Source of the DNA: a virus
Direction: 5' to 3' (one strand)
IMG/VR virus record: IMGVR_UViG_3300037297_000388
Span: 2,177 to 66,176 of that record
Length of the DNA stretch: 64,000 nucleotides
This document shows positions 44,028 through 52,596 of the stretch, piece after piece. Under the pieces are notes generated by a model that worked only from the letters and a program-made list of their open reading frames with translations, did no database searches and had not been told where the DNA came from. The translations under genes were made by a program, and so were the position numbers. Each line of letters begins with the position of its first letter. Position 1 is the first letter of the stretch.

Positions 44028-45812
44028 ATGACCGTTCCGTCCATAATCGTGCCTGATTTCCTTCGGCCGGCATCTCCACCGCCAGGAGCACACAGGTACG
44101 GCAAGCTCACCTTCGATAAGGATTATTTTTTTATACTCACCGGAGAGAGCCTGCTCTTGGAGTTCGCGAAGCGGCTATTTCCTGGGGCGAAATTGATTGG
44201 GCGGAAAAGTATCCAGTTTCGGACATCGAGGAGAGAGGTCTCCGACCTGAATTGGCTCCTGCAGCGATTTCCAGTTGAGATCCAGTGCGACGAGTTTGAA
44301 GAGCACCGCCAAGAAGTCGTCAAGCAGTTCAACCAACGAATTGCTGGGGATGACCATAAGCGCACCACACCACCGGTTGAGTTCGTTGGGAAACTGTATC
44401 CGTATCAAGAGGAGGCGGTTTCGTTCTTGACAATCAATAAGCGAACCCTGTTGGCGGATGGTATGGGACTCGGAAAGACGTGGAGCTCATTAGGGGCAAC
44501 GGCGACGGCGGGTAAATATCCGGTGTTGATTGTCTGTCAGACGCAGGTACAGAAACAGTGGCAGCGGGTCATTGGTGCCCTTTTTAATCTGCCCTGTAAA
44601 GGTCAGCCCGGGCTATTCGATTCTCCATTCGATACTGCGGTGAAGAGGGGGCAGGCGCTGGCGCCGATCCTCAAAGGCCAGACTCCATATGACATTCCAG
44701 ATACCCCCTTCACGATCATCCACTACGGGCTGCTGTCGTGGTGGGACAACAAGCTTCATGATCGTGGGTACCCCGTGGTCATCTATGACGAGATCCAAGA
44801 GCTCCGCCATACTGGATCCCAAAAATATTCGGCGGCATCCTTGAGATCCAGTGATGCAGAGTACGTATGGGGATTATCCGGTACGCCGATTTTTGGGTAT
44901 GGTATCGAGATCTGGTCTGTGATGAACGCCATTGAGTTCCATTGTCTCGGGTCAAAGGAGGCTTTTTCTCGCGAATGGTGTACCGGGTACCACGAGAAGG
45001 TGGTGGCATCGCCTCGGACGCTGAATGAATATCTGGTCCGCGAGGGGCTCATGATGCGGCGGAAGGCGGAGGACGTCTCTGTCTATCTGCCAAAGGTGGC
45101 CAGACACATACAGGACGTCGAGCATGATAATGAACTGTATGAGAGGTTGATATCTGCTGCGAGGGCATCTGCTTCGGCATACGATCAGTCCGACAAGGAA
45201 ACGAGATTCAAGCTCTCTGGAGAAATCGAAAGGAATGCCAGGCGCGCCGCCGGCGTGGCCAAGGCGCCATTCGTTGCTGATTTTATCGCCGCACTCATGA
45301 AGGGTGGTGAGCGGCCGCTCGTCTACGCCTGGCACCACGATGTTCACGATATCCTGCAGGAAAGGCTCAAAGAGTATTCACCGGCTGTGATCAATGGCCG
45401 GTCGGACAAGGATGCCAACCTAAAGCGTTACATCAACGGGAAAACCGACCTGATGATGCTGAGCCTGCGCTCGGCGGCGGGCATGGATGGGCTTCAGCAC
45501 AGGGCGACCTGTTGCGTCTTTGCGGAACTGGATTGGGCCCCTGCCGTCCATTCCCAGGCTGAGACAAGGATTGCCCGTATCGGCGTCGATAAGACAATGG
45601 GAGAAATTCCAAGTTTCTACTGCGTGGCCCGCACTGGGTACGACGAGATCATGCTGGACGTGCTCGGTCTAAAGACCGGGCAGTTTGTCGGTCTGATGGG
45701 CGACGAGCCAGAGGACCTACAGGAGCAAAAGGCAGCAGAGCAAAAGGCAGCAAGCCGTATTCGCCGGTTGATAGATAAACTCACCGGTGTGGAGGAGAAA
45801 AATGCAGAATAA
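44028..45812 (+). CDS. SNF2-family helicase/ATPase
   Basis: LYPYQEEAV, LADGMGLGKT, IYDEIQ, LSGTP, LMMRRK, GMDGLQ, QAETRIARIG. Confidence 0.9.
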   Translation: MTVPSIIVPDFLRPASPPPGAHRYGKLTFDKDYFFILTGESLLLEFAKRLFPGAKLIGRKSIQFRTSRREVSDLNWLLQRFPVEIQCDEFEEHRQEVVKQFNQRIAGDDHKRTTPPVEFVGKLYPYQEEAVSFLTINKRTLLADGMGLGKTWSSLGATATAGKYPVLIVCQTQVQKQWQRVIGALFNLPCKGQPGLFDSPFDTAVKRGQALAPILKGQTPYDIPDTPFTIIHYGLLSWWDNKLHDRGYPVVIYDEIQELRHTGSQKYSAASLRSSDAEYVWGLSGTPIFGYGIEIWSVMNAIEFHCLGSKEAFSREWCTGYHEKVVASPRTLNEYLVREGLMMRRKAEDVSVYLPKVARHIQDVEHDNELYERLISAARASASAYDQSDKETRFKLSGEIERNARRAAGVAKAPFVADFIAALMKGGERPLVYAWHHDVHDILQERLKEYSPAVINGRSDKDANLKRYINGKTDLMMLSLRSAAGMDGLQHRATCCVFAELDWAPAVHSQAETRIARIGVDKTMGEIPSFYCVARTGYDEIMLDVLGLKTGQFVGLMGDEPEDLQEQKAAEQKAASRIRRLIDKLTGVEEKNAE

Positions 45813-46671
45813 TATCTTGAAGCTGACGAAACCGATGATGCACGGTCCGGCCGTGGCCAGACTCCAGGAGATCGGGGATCTGTTGGGCTGCGATTTTGGC
45901 CCGAACGATGGGATCTTTGGCGTCGCCACACAGAGCGTCGTGATGGATCTGCAGAAGAAGCTGGGCATCACAGTAGACGGAGTATGCGGACCGAAGACGT
46001 GGGAGGCGATTTTGGGCGCCGTCGACGAGGATCCCCTTTACGACGTAATAGGCATCCATGATCGCAGGGGACTCCATGGCCACCCAAAACTGTATGGACG
46101 GGTACGGTCGTGGGACGATATCGACGGCGTGACCCTCCATCAGACCGGATGCAAGATGCCCCTCGCCCCGAAGGGGTGGGACCGCCTCAACGCGCACATC
46201 GGCGTCACCCGGGATGGTAAGGTCATCCTCGCGAACGACCCAACCGATATGATCTGGCATGCCCAGGGGCTCTCGAGGCATACCATCGGCATCGAGATCG
46301 CTGGGAACTTCGCTGGCATCGACGGCAACATGAAAACCCTCTGGAGGGGAGGGGGCGGACCACACACACTCAATAAGGCAATGTTGTCGGCCATGGACGC
46401 GGTTCTTGAGTGGCTCCTTGAACAGTTCTCGGAGAACGGTCGTGAGTTCCGCACCATCTGCGCCCACCGGCAGAGCGCACCTTCCAGGATCGCTGACCCT
46501 GGTAGTGAGATCTGGCAGAAGGTGGCCCTCCCGTGGATGGAGAGGACGGGGGCCACGGTTGGCGCCTATGGGTTCTGCCTGCCGAAGGGGAGGCCGATTC
46601 CGCAAGAGTGGGACCCAAGGTCAACTGGTCGGTATTGGGATAAACCCGGCACGCAGCGCTGGGATGTGTAA
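45802..46671 (+). CDS. Endolysin: peptidoglycan-binding domain plus Amidase_2
   Basis: DGIFG..T..V...QK..G..VDG.CGPKTW; VTLHQT, NAHIGV, WHAQG..RHTIGIEI, CAHRQ, DPG. Confidence 0.9.
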   Translation: MQNNILKLTKPMMHGPAVARLQEIGDLLGCDFGPNDGIFGVATQSVVMDLQKKLGITVDGVCGPKTWEAILGAVDEDPLYDVIGIHDRRGLHGHPKLYGRVRSWDDIDGVTLHQTGCKMPLAPKGWDRLNAHIGVTRDGKVILANDPTDMIWHAQGLSRHTIGIEIAGNFAGIDGNMKTLWRGGGGPHTLNKAMLSAMDAVLEWLLEQFSENGREFRTICAHRQSAPSRIADPGSEIWQKVALPWMERTGATVGAYGFCLPKGRPIPQEWDPRSTGRYWDKPGTQRWDV

Positions 46672-46676
46672 CAATC

Positions 46677-47549
46677 TTGGCATCTTGGCAAATAATCCTC
46701 GGCGACGCAGTCGAGATGATGCGAGAACTTCCGGCTGAGTCTGTCGATTGCTGCGTCACAAGCCCGCCGTACTGGAGGCTCCGCGATTATGGAGTCGACG
46801 GGCAGATTGGACAAGAGGAGACATTGTTCGAGTATCTCGACAAACTGATTCTCGTTTTCCAGGAGGTACGCCGAATTCTGAAGAAGGATGGAACGCTTTG
46901 GTTGAACATGGGGGACGGGTACGTGTCGGTTGCATGGGGGGGCGGTGGCGGTAACGGTGATGCAATTGGCCAAAAGACAAAATCAGCGAGAATCAATGCC
47001 GGAAAAAGGCCGAATAAGTGTGGTATATTGAAACCGAAAGATCTCATCGGTATGCCATGGAGGTTGGCATTAGCGCTACAGGATGATGGTTGGTATCTCA
47101 GGCAGGATATAATCTGGGAGAAGCCAGCGCCGATGCCGGAATCAGTCCATGATCGCTGCACGAAATCCCACGAATATATTTTCTTGTTGTCGAAGAGTCG
47201 TCGATACTATTTCGACGCAGATGCAATCAAGGAGAAGGCCTTGGTCGAATATCGAAATGCCCGATCCGTCTGGCGTATCCCGTCTCAACCGAGATCTGAA
47301 AATCATTGGGCAGCTTTTCCTGATGAGTTCGCTCGCCGCTGCATCGTGGCAGGATGCCCACCAGGTGGTGTGGTGCTGGATCCTTTCGTCGGCCGCGGTA
47401 CAACGGCCATAGTTGCTTTACGATGTAGCCGTTCGGCTATCGGCATTGAATTGAGCCCTGAGTCCCATAAACTTGCCAGAGAAAACATTCTGGCGGATGC
47501 ATCATTGCTGAATCTCACGGTCTTCAGTGAGGCCAAAAATGGCATTTGA
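46677..47549 (+). CDS. N6A/N4C DNA methyltransferase (beta class)
   Basis: CCVTSPPYW, WLNMGD, IIWEKP.PMPES..DR, HWAAFP, VLDPFVGRGTT, GIEL. Confidence 0.92.
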   Translation: MASWQIILGDAVEMMRELPAESVDCCVTSPPYWRLRDYGVDGQIGQEETLFEYLDKLILVFQEVRRILKKDGTLWLNMGDGYVSVAWGGGGGNGDAIGQKTKSARINAGKRPNKCGILKPKDLIGMPWRLALALQDDGWYLRQDIIWEKPAPMPESVHDRCTKSHEYIFLLSKSRRYYFDADAIKEKALVEYRNARSVWRIPSQPRSENHWAAFPDEFARRCIVAGCPPGGVVLDPFVGRGTTAIVALRCSRSAIGIELSPESHKLARENILADASLLNLTVFSEAKNGI

Positions 47550-47609
47550 CGTCCAGATCTTCAGGTGAGATAATCCTCGTGATGACGGATGGGCCAACGG
47601 AGGAATCCA

Positions 47610-47927
47610 ATGGACTTCGTCATCTCTCTCATTTCCACACAGGTACTATTGATCGCCGGCGCCATCACCTCGGTGCTGTGGGCCATCACCCGTCTCAAGG
47701 TCGGGAATGTCGTGCTCAAGGAGAGCAAGGTGTGGATGGGGCTTCGTCCCCTGGCGGCCCTGTCTCTTGGCATCGGCGCGGCGATGCTCCCAGGGGTCTT
47801 TGAGGATCCGGTCGGGATCGAAATCCTGAAGGGACTTACCGCTGGGTTCATCGGCAACCTGCTCTTCTTATCTGGGGTCGCAAAGAAGCTGATCTCTGTG
47901 TTCAAGAAATCAAAAAAGAAGGAGTAG
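47610..47927 (+). CDS. Holin-like membrane protein
   Basis: Three hydrophobic segments and basic KKSKKKE tail; near the endolysin. Confidence 0.6.
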   Translation: MDFVISLISTQVLLIAGAITSVLWAITRLKVGNVVLKESKVWMGLRPLAALSLGIGAAMLPGVFEDPVGIEILKGLTAGFIGNLLFLSGVAKKLISVFKKSKKKE

Positions 47928-47931
47928 CCAC

Positions 47932-48327
47932 ATGCTCACCGTTCTCGGGAGGCTTTTCGGCCTCATCAAAAAGAACCGGTTCGTTTGGTGGCTGGTCATT
48001 ATCGGTTGTGGAGTCATCTTGGCGCTCGGGCTATTGCGCGGATTCTTGGATGACAGCGACAGCGATATCGATCCAGCGGATGCCGAAGAGGTGATCACTC
48101 AACAGCAAATCGAAGTCGTTGCGGAAGTTCAACGCGACATCGACGAGACAAAGCAACGAAATGCCGAGCTCGAGGCTGAGATAGCCGAGCTCCACAACCA
48201 AATCCAACAACTGGAGGAAAAGATCAATGAAAATGCTCAACAACGTAAACAGACTCACTCGTTTCTTGATGATGCTCTTGGTATCGACGATATTGATCGG
48301 ATACTCAGCGACGGTGAGCGCCGCTGA
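47932..48327 (+). CDS. Membrane-anchored coiled-coil protein (spanin-like)
   Basis: N-terminal TM segment then coiled coil; overlaps the next gene. Confidence 0.55.
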   Translation: MLTVLGRLFGLIKKNRFVWWLVIIGCGVILALGLLRGFLDDSDSDIDPADAEEVITQQQIEVVAEVQRDIDETKQRNAELEAEIAELHNQIQQLEEKINENAQQRKQTHSFLDDALGIDDIDRILSDGERR

Positions 48328-48781
48328 GAGATCCGTCATCGAGAAAGACGTCAAACCAGCCCAGATCTTCAATGTTCCCGAAGGTAAAAATCTGCGTCCG
48401 GAGGTGGATGACCGAGGAAAACCGGTGGTTTTCGTCGTCGACCAGGAATACAAATGCTTCTCTGTGCCGGAATACTTGACGATCGCACGGATTATCACCG
48501 ACTACCGATGGTTTTGGAGTTACGCAACGGACTTAGAGCATCAGCTGGAATTGCAAGTGGCTGAGACCGACAAAGTACGATTGCAAAGAGACGCTTGGGC
48601 TGGTACGGCGAAACGCACTGAACGCGCGATGACAAAGCTGGACAACCTATTTACGACAGATCAACGATTAAGACTATCTGCATCGAAGTCGAAGAAATAC
48701 GAACTCTGGGGGTGGCGCGCGGCGACCGTAGTTTTCGCAGGTTCGGTAGTCGCCATGGGGATCGTCGGTCTCCGGAACTGA
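48227..48781 (+). CDS. Exported/membrane protein (spanin-like partner)
   Basis: Signal-like N-terminus, coiled coil, C-terminal TM segment. Confidence 0.5.
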   Translation: MKMLNNVNRLTRFLMMLLVSTILIGYSATVSAAERSVIEKDVKPAQIFNVPEGKNLRPEVDDRGKPVVFVVDQEYKCFSVPEYLTIARIITDYRWFWSYATDLEHQLELQVAETDKVRLQRDAWAGTAKRTERAMTKLDNLFTTDQRLRLSASKSKKYELWGWRAATVVFAGSVVAMGIVGLRN

Positions 48782-48788
48782 ACTTCCG

Positions 48789-49310
48789 ATGTCAAAATTT
48801 CCCCGCATTCATCTCCTAATTTTTCTCCCCACCCTCCCTATGGATATCCTCGTATGGCCGATCGTGCTCATCCTTTGGATTGCTTGGGGCAGATACCTGC
48901 ACTGGCAGAATGGTCTCTGGTGTGAGCTCAAGCCTGGATCTTGGCCACTCCGCACATGGTGGAAGGGCTACAGGGGGGCAACTCTCGGTCACGGTGGATT
49001 CTACGCTCCGGGTGACGCTGGCGGCGACGGTATCGACACCAAGGTTGAGTATCACGAGCACGTCCACGCCGAGCAGTTCGAGGTGGCCATGCTCATCTCG
49101 TTCTTGCTGGCCGTCTACGTATTCACCGCCATGGCGTTACTGGGTCACTTCGACCTGACGCCATTCCTCTGCATTCCGATCTGGGCATCCGGGTGGATCG
49201 TAACACTGGCTGGCGGGTGGGTTGTGGCTCTGCTTCGCGGTGAGCCGGTATACCGAGGGAGCGCCCACGAAGAAGCCGCCTATGCAATCCAAGAGCAGTT
49301 CCCGGAGTAG
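48789..49310 (+). CDS. Membrane protein with HExxH motif
   Basis: YHEHVHAEQ...AHEEAAY; hydrophobic segments. Confidence 0.6.
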   Translation: MSKFPRIHLLIFLPTLPMDILVWPIVLILWIAWGRYLHWQNGLWCELKPGSWPLRTWWKGYRGATLGHGGFYAPGDAGGDGIDTKVEYHEHVHAEQFEVAMLISFLLAVYVFTAMALLGHFDLTPFLCIPIWASGWIVTLAGGWVVALLRGEPVYRGSAHEEAAYAIQEQFPE

Positions 49311-49797
49311 TCTTCTCGCGATCGACCCCGGGAACACCTCCGGGGTTGTTGTGGTGACCATCGCAGCAGCACCAAAATTGTTGTTTTGGACACAGATCAA
49401 AATCAAAAAAAAGGGTGAAGAGCTTCCTTCATCCCTGATTGCACGGTTGAAGGAAGAACACGATATTGTCGCGGCGGCCATCGAGGATCAGTTTTACCTC
49501 CGAAACATCAACTCACTCAAGGTGCTCAGCAAGACCGCTGGAAGATGGGAGGAGGCCTGCTTGGCGGCTGGCCTCGAGTCTGTTGAATGGATCAACCCAA
49601 AGACATGGCAAACGGCATTGTTCGGAAAAACCATGCGGAGGGATCAGTTCAAGGCGGCCTCATGCGCAATGGCAAAGGCTGAAACCAGGCAATTGTTGCC
49701 GGTGGATGTTGCCGATGCTTACTGCATTGGGAGGTTTCTGGCTATTCGGACTTGGCTTTTTTCTTCGCCTGGAACTCGGCGAGGCGCCGCTCTATAA
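49282..49797 (+). CDS. RuvC-like Holliday junction resolvase
   Basis: LLAIDPGNTSG, AAIEDQ, INPKTWQ, DVADAYCIG. Confidence 0.8.
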   Translation: MQSKSSSRSSLLAIDPGNTSGVVVVTIAAAPKLLFWTQIKIKKKGEELPSSLIARLKEEHDIVAAAIEDQFYLRNINSLKVLSKTAGRWEEACLAAGLESVEWINPKTWQTALFGKTMRRDQFKAASCAMAKAETRQLLPVDVADAYCIGRFLAIRTWLFSSPGTRRGAAL

Positions 49798-50083
49798 TTT
49801 TCTCGGCCCTCGCATGTTCACGCCTTATTATCATTAGCTTTTTTGCCTCATCGGACTTATCGGACGAGACAAGAAAACTGTTGAGTCGCTTCCACGTCAC
49901 CCCCAATGCATCAGCAATGGACACGATCTTTGGGTCATCGAGGTCATTGATTGTCTCCTTGATGATTTCCCAGGCGTAGGCCGTTAATTTCGAATCAAAA
50001 GCCCCTTCCGACATAGGAAAGAAGGTTGCGGGGTTTTTGTACTCTTCGCTCTTTTCAGAAGATTTTTTTTTGGTCATCATCAC
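49742..50083 (-). CDS. Small HTH protein
   Basis: IVSIADALGVTWKRL; AAGGAG RBS. Confidence 0.6.
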   Translation of the reverse strand: MMMTKKKSSEKSEEYKNPATFFPMSEGAFDSKLTAYAWEIIKETINDLDDPKIVSIADALGVTWKRLNSFLVSSDKSDEAKKLMIIRREHARAEKIIERRLAEFQAKKKAKSE

Positions 50084-50599
50084 TCCTTGCCGAAATAGTA
50101 TATCCAGGCAGTTTACATGGCAATGTTTTTACGATGCTGGTTTTTTGCAAGTGAAAAATCACCGATCAGCGGATCATGGTTGCGGCAATGCCCATTGCAG
50201 TCGTGTGGGGCCGGCTCCATGCATCCAGCAATAACGCAAGACGGTAATTTCATGTAGTGGGACTCACAGTATACCCCGGATGGGGTCCACCGAAGATTTC
50301 GGACCTCTTGACAGTATCGTTGCGAGCATTCCCAGGTATGAAACCCTGGGATGTCGCCATCTGGGATTGTTTCGTTTTCCAGTGGCTGTGACCGTTCCCA
50401 TTGTTGAGATCGATATGTTTTTTCGCTACAAGCGATTTCTTTCATCAAGTTGTATTTTCTTCGGCATGACACAAAAAGTATATTACAGCTCGACATAAAA
50501 TCAACCCAAAACATCCCGTGTAAGCAAGAAAAAGCACAAAACAGGTCCGAAAAGGAAATTTGCAGTTGAAAAATAACCTTTACTGAACCTATATTCAGG

Positions 50600-52279
50600 G
50601 TGATGCGGCATCGACTCGACAGTGATACAGGATCAGAAACCTCCAAGGAGGCAAAACTTCAACTTCTTATTCAGGCGACTATGCGCAGGGCCGAGGAGGC
50701 CCGAAACGACATATCCAAGTTCTACGAATTCGTCATCCGAGAAGAAAAAACTCGCGCGAAAATTCAAACGACGCCGCATCAACATGTCATGTTTTCATTC
50801 GCGGAGTATCACCCATACTGCGTGATACGGATACCAGTTGGATGCGGGAAGACATATTTTATCGGGGCGAGAGCCCTCTTCCTCCTCGGTAAAAACAGAA
50901 CCCGGCGTGGCGCGATTATGGCGTCCGCCCAGGGGCAGGCAAAAAAAGTGCTCCTGTTCGTGTCGGATTACATTGAGGATCCGACCCTCAACCAGCCTCT
51001 GGCCCTGGTATTCCCGGAGCTACGGCCGACCACGAAAGCGAAGGAACCATGGACGTCCGAGGCGATCACTGTCGACCGGCCGGCCGGCATCAGGGATCCG
51101 TCTCTGGTTGCGGCAGGATTGGACACGAAAATCTCTGGGTCTCGTCTCTCATATGGTGTCGGCGACGATATTGTCGACGATATAAACAGCCGCAACCCAT
51201 CAGTCAGGAGAGAGACGACGAGGATGTTCAACGCTCGTCTGATGAACCGCATGGATCCGGCTGACTCGAGCGTCACTGTCACCAACACACCGTTCGACCG
51301 AGAGGACTTGACGTATTACCTCGAGAATGAAGAGCGGTGGCCAACCATCACGATGGATATCTACGGGTATATCCGGTTTTCAAACGCCGAGGCATCCTGG
51401 ATGGCCATGGCCATGGACACCATGCTGAGGCCGAGCACGACACGAACAGGAGGCGCCCACGACTGGTACCGGCTCAGGGCACATGATCCCGACCCGGAGG
51501 AGGAAACACCACTTTGGCCAGAGCGTTATTCGCTCAAGTGGATTCAGGAGAAGAGATACGGGAAAGACGGAAAAGGCGGGATGCTTCCCATTGAGTTCGC
51601 GCGGGCATTCCTTTGCGATCCAATGAGCGATGATGCTACTCGGTGCCAGCGAGCTTGGATTGAGCGATGCAAACTCAAGGGGATGCGCGAAGACTTCGGG
51701 TTCCCGCTCGAGTACAATGGTCCGAATCCGACATTTACCGGTGTCGACCTTGGCGTCGGTAAAGATAGAGCGCATGATCGCTCGACATTGTTCACCTTCG
51801 AGCTTCTTCCAAGTAGCGAGCGAAGGATCCTTGATATTGAGAGTGGGCGGTGGCCAGGAAAGACCATCATCCAAAAGATCATCCATAAGACCGAATGCTT
51901 CGACAGTTCTATCGCTGTTGAAAACAATAACGCGCAAGACTACATCATTCAGTTTGCGGTTGAAGAAAAGAAAGATCTCCAGATCACTGCTCACACGACG
52001 GGAAAGGTGAATAAACACGATACGAATTGGGGAGTGGAGAGCATCTTCAACGAGGTCCATAATGGGGCATGGATTATCCCGTGTGACAGGAACGGCAAGT
52101 GCCATCCCGAGGTACAGAAATGGATCGACGATATGGTGTTCTACATTCCCAATACTCATACCGGCGACCATCTGATGGCCTGCTGGATCGGCAGAGAGGC
52201 ATCGCGAAAGAAGAAGTCGTCCGGGCCGAAGCCGACAACCGGAAAGAAGCGCCAGATGTCCTCTACGGGTGCATTTTGA
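50600..52279 (+). CDS. terL: Terminase large subunit
   Basis: IRIPVGCGKT Walker A, GVGDDIVD Walker B, TNTP, FARAFLCDP, GVDLGVG (RNase H-like), VENN, GDHLMACW. Confidence 0.92.
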   Translation: MMRHRLDSDTGSETSKEAKLQLLIQATMRRAEEARNDISKFYEFVIREEKTRAKIQTTPHQHVMFSFAEYHPYCVIRIPVGCGKTYFIGARALFLLGKNRTRRGAIMASAQGQAKKVLLFVSDYIEDPTLNQPLALVFPELRPTTKAKEPWTSEAITVDRPAGIRDPSLVAAGLDTKISGSRLSYGVGDDIVDDINSRNPSVRRETTRMFNARLMNRMDPADSSVTVTNTPFDREDLTYYLENEERWPTITMDIYGYIRFSNAEASWMAMAMDTMLRPSTTRTGGAHDWYRLRAHDPDPEEETPLWPERYSLKWIQEKRYGKDGKGGMLPIEFARAFLCDPMSDDATRCQRAWIERCKLKGMREDFGFPLEYNGPNPTFTGVDLGVGKDRAHDRSTLFTFELLPSSERRILDIESGRWPGKTIIQKIIHKTECFDSSIAVENNNAQDYIIQFAVEEKKDLQITAHTTGKVNKHDTNWGVESIFNEVHNGAWIIPCDRNGKCHPEVQKWIDDMVFYIPNTHTGDHLMACWIGREASRKKKSSGPKPTTGKKRQMSSTGAF

Positions 52280-52593
52280 TAAACAAATACAAGAATCTCC
52301 TGTTCACTTCCGGGGTCAACTTTGGACAAGCACAGGCACTGAAGCGCGTCATAAATAGGCTTGAGGGTGTCCTGTCTGACCCCAAGAATTCTGAGATCGA
52401 AGCGCTTCTTGCCGAGCTCAATGTCCTTATCGTGGGTGAAAAAGAAATCGTCACTGAGTCGGAGCAGTTGTCAATCCGGCAGCGCGTCGCCGCAGCTGAA
52501 ATCACCCCGCGTGAAAAGCCGCTGTTGTCCATTCGCTTAAAACAGGCGATAATAGGCGCGATTGATGGATGGACAGGCGGAAGTGAGGACTGA
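52276..52593 (+). CDS. Hypothetical protein
   Basis: Between terL and portal; start uncertain. Confidence 0.45.
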   Translation: MINKYKNLLFTSGVNFGQAQALKRVINRLEGVLSDPKNSEIEALLAELNVLIVGEKEIVTESEQLSIRQRVAAAEITPREKPLLSIRLKQAIIGAIDGWTGGSED

Positions 52594-52596
52594 ATC

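Noticed and set aside
50113-50646. 177-aa minus-strand ORF before terL
   Set aside because: 5' part overlaps terL and an AT-rich promoter-like gap; only the Cys/His-rich 3' ~110 aa might be real
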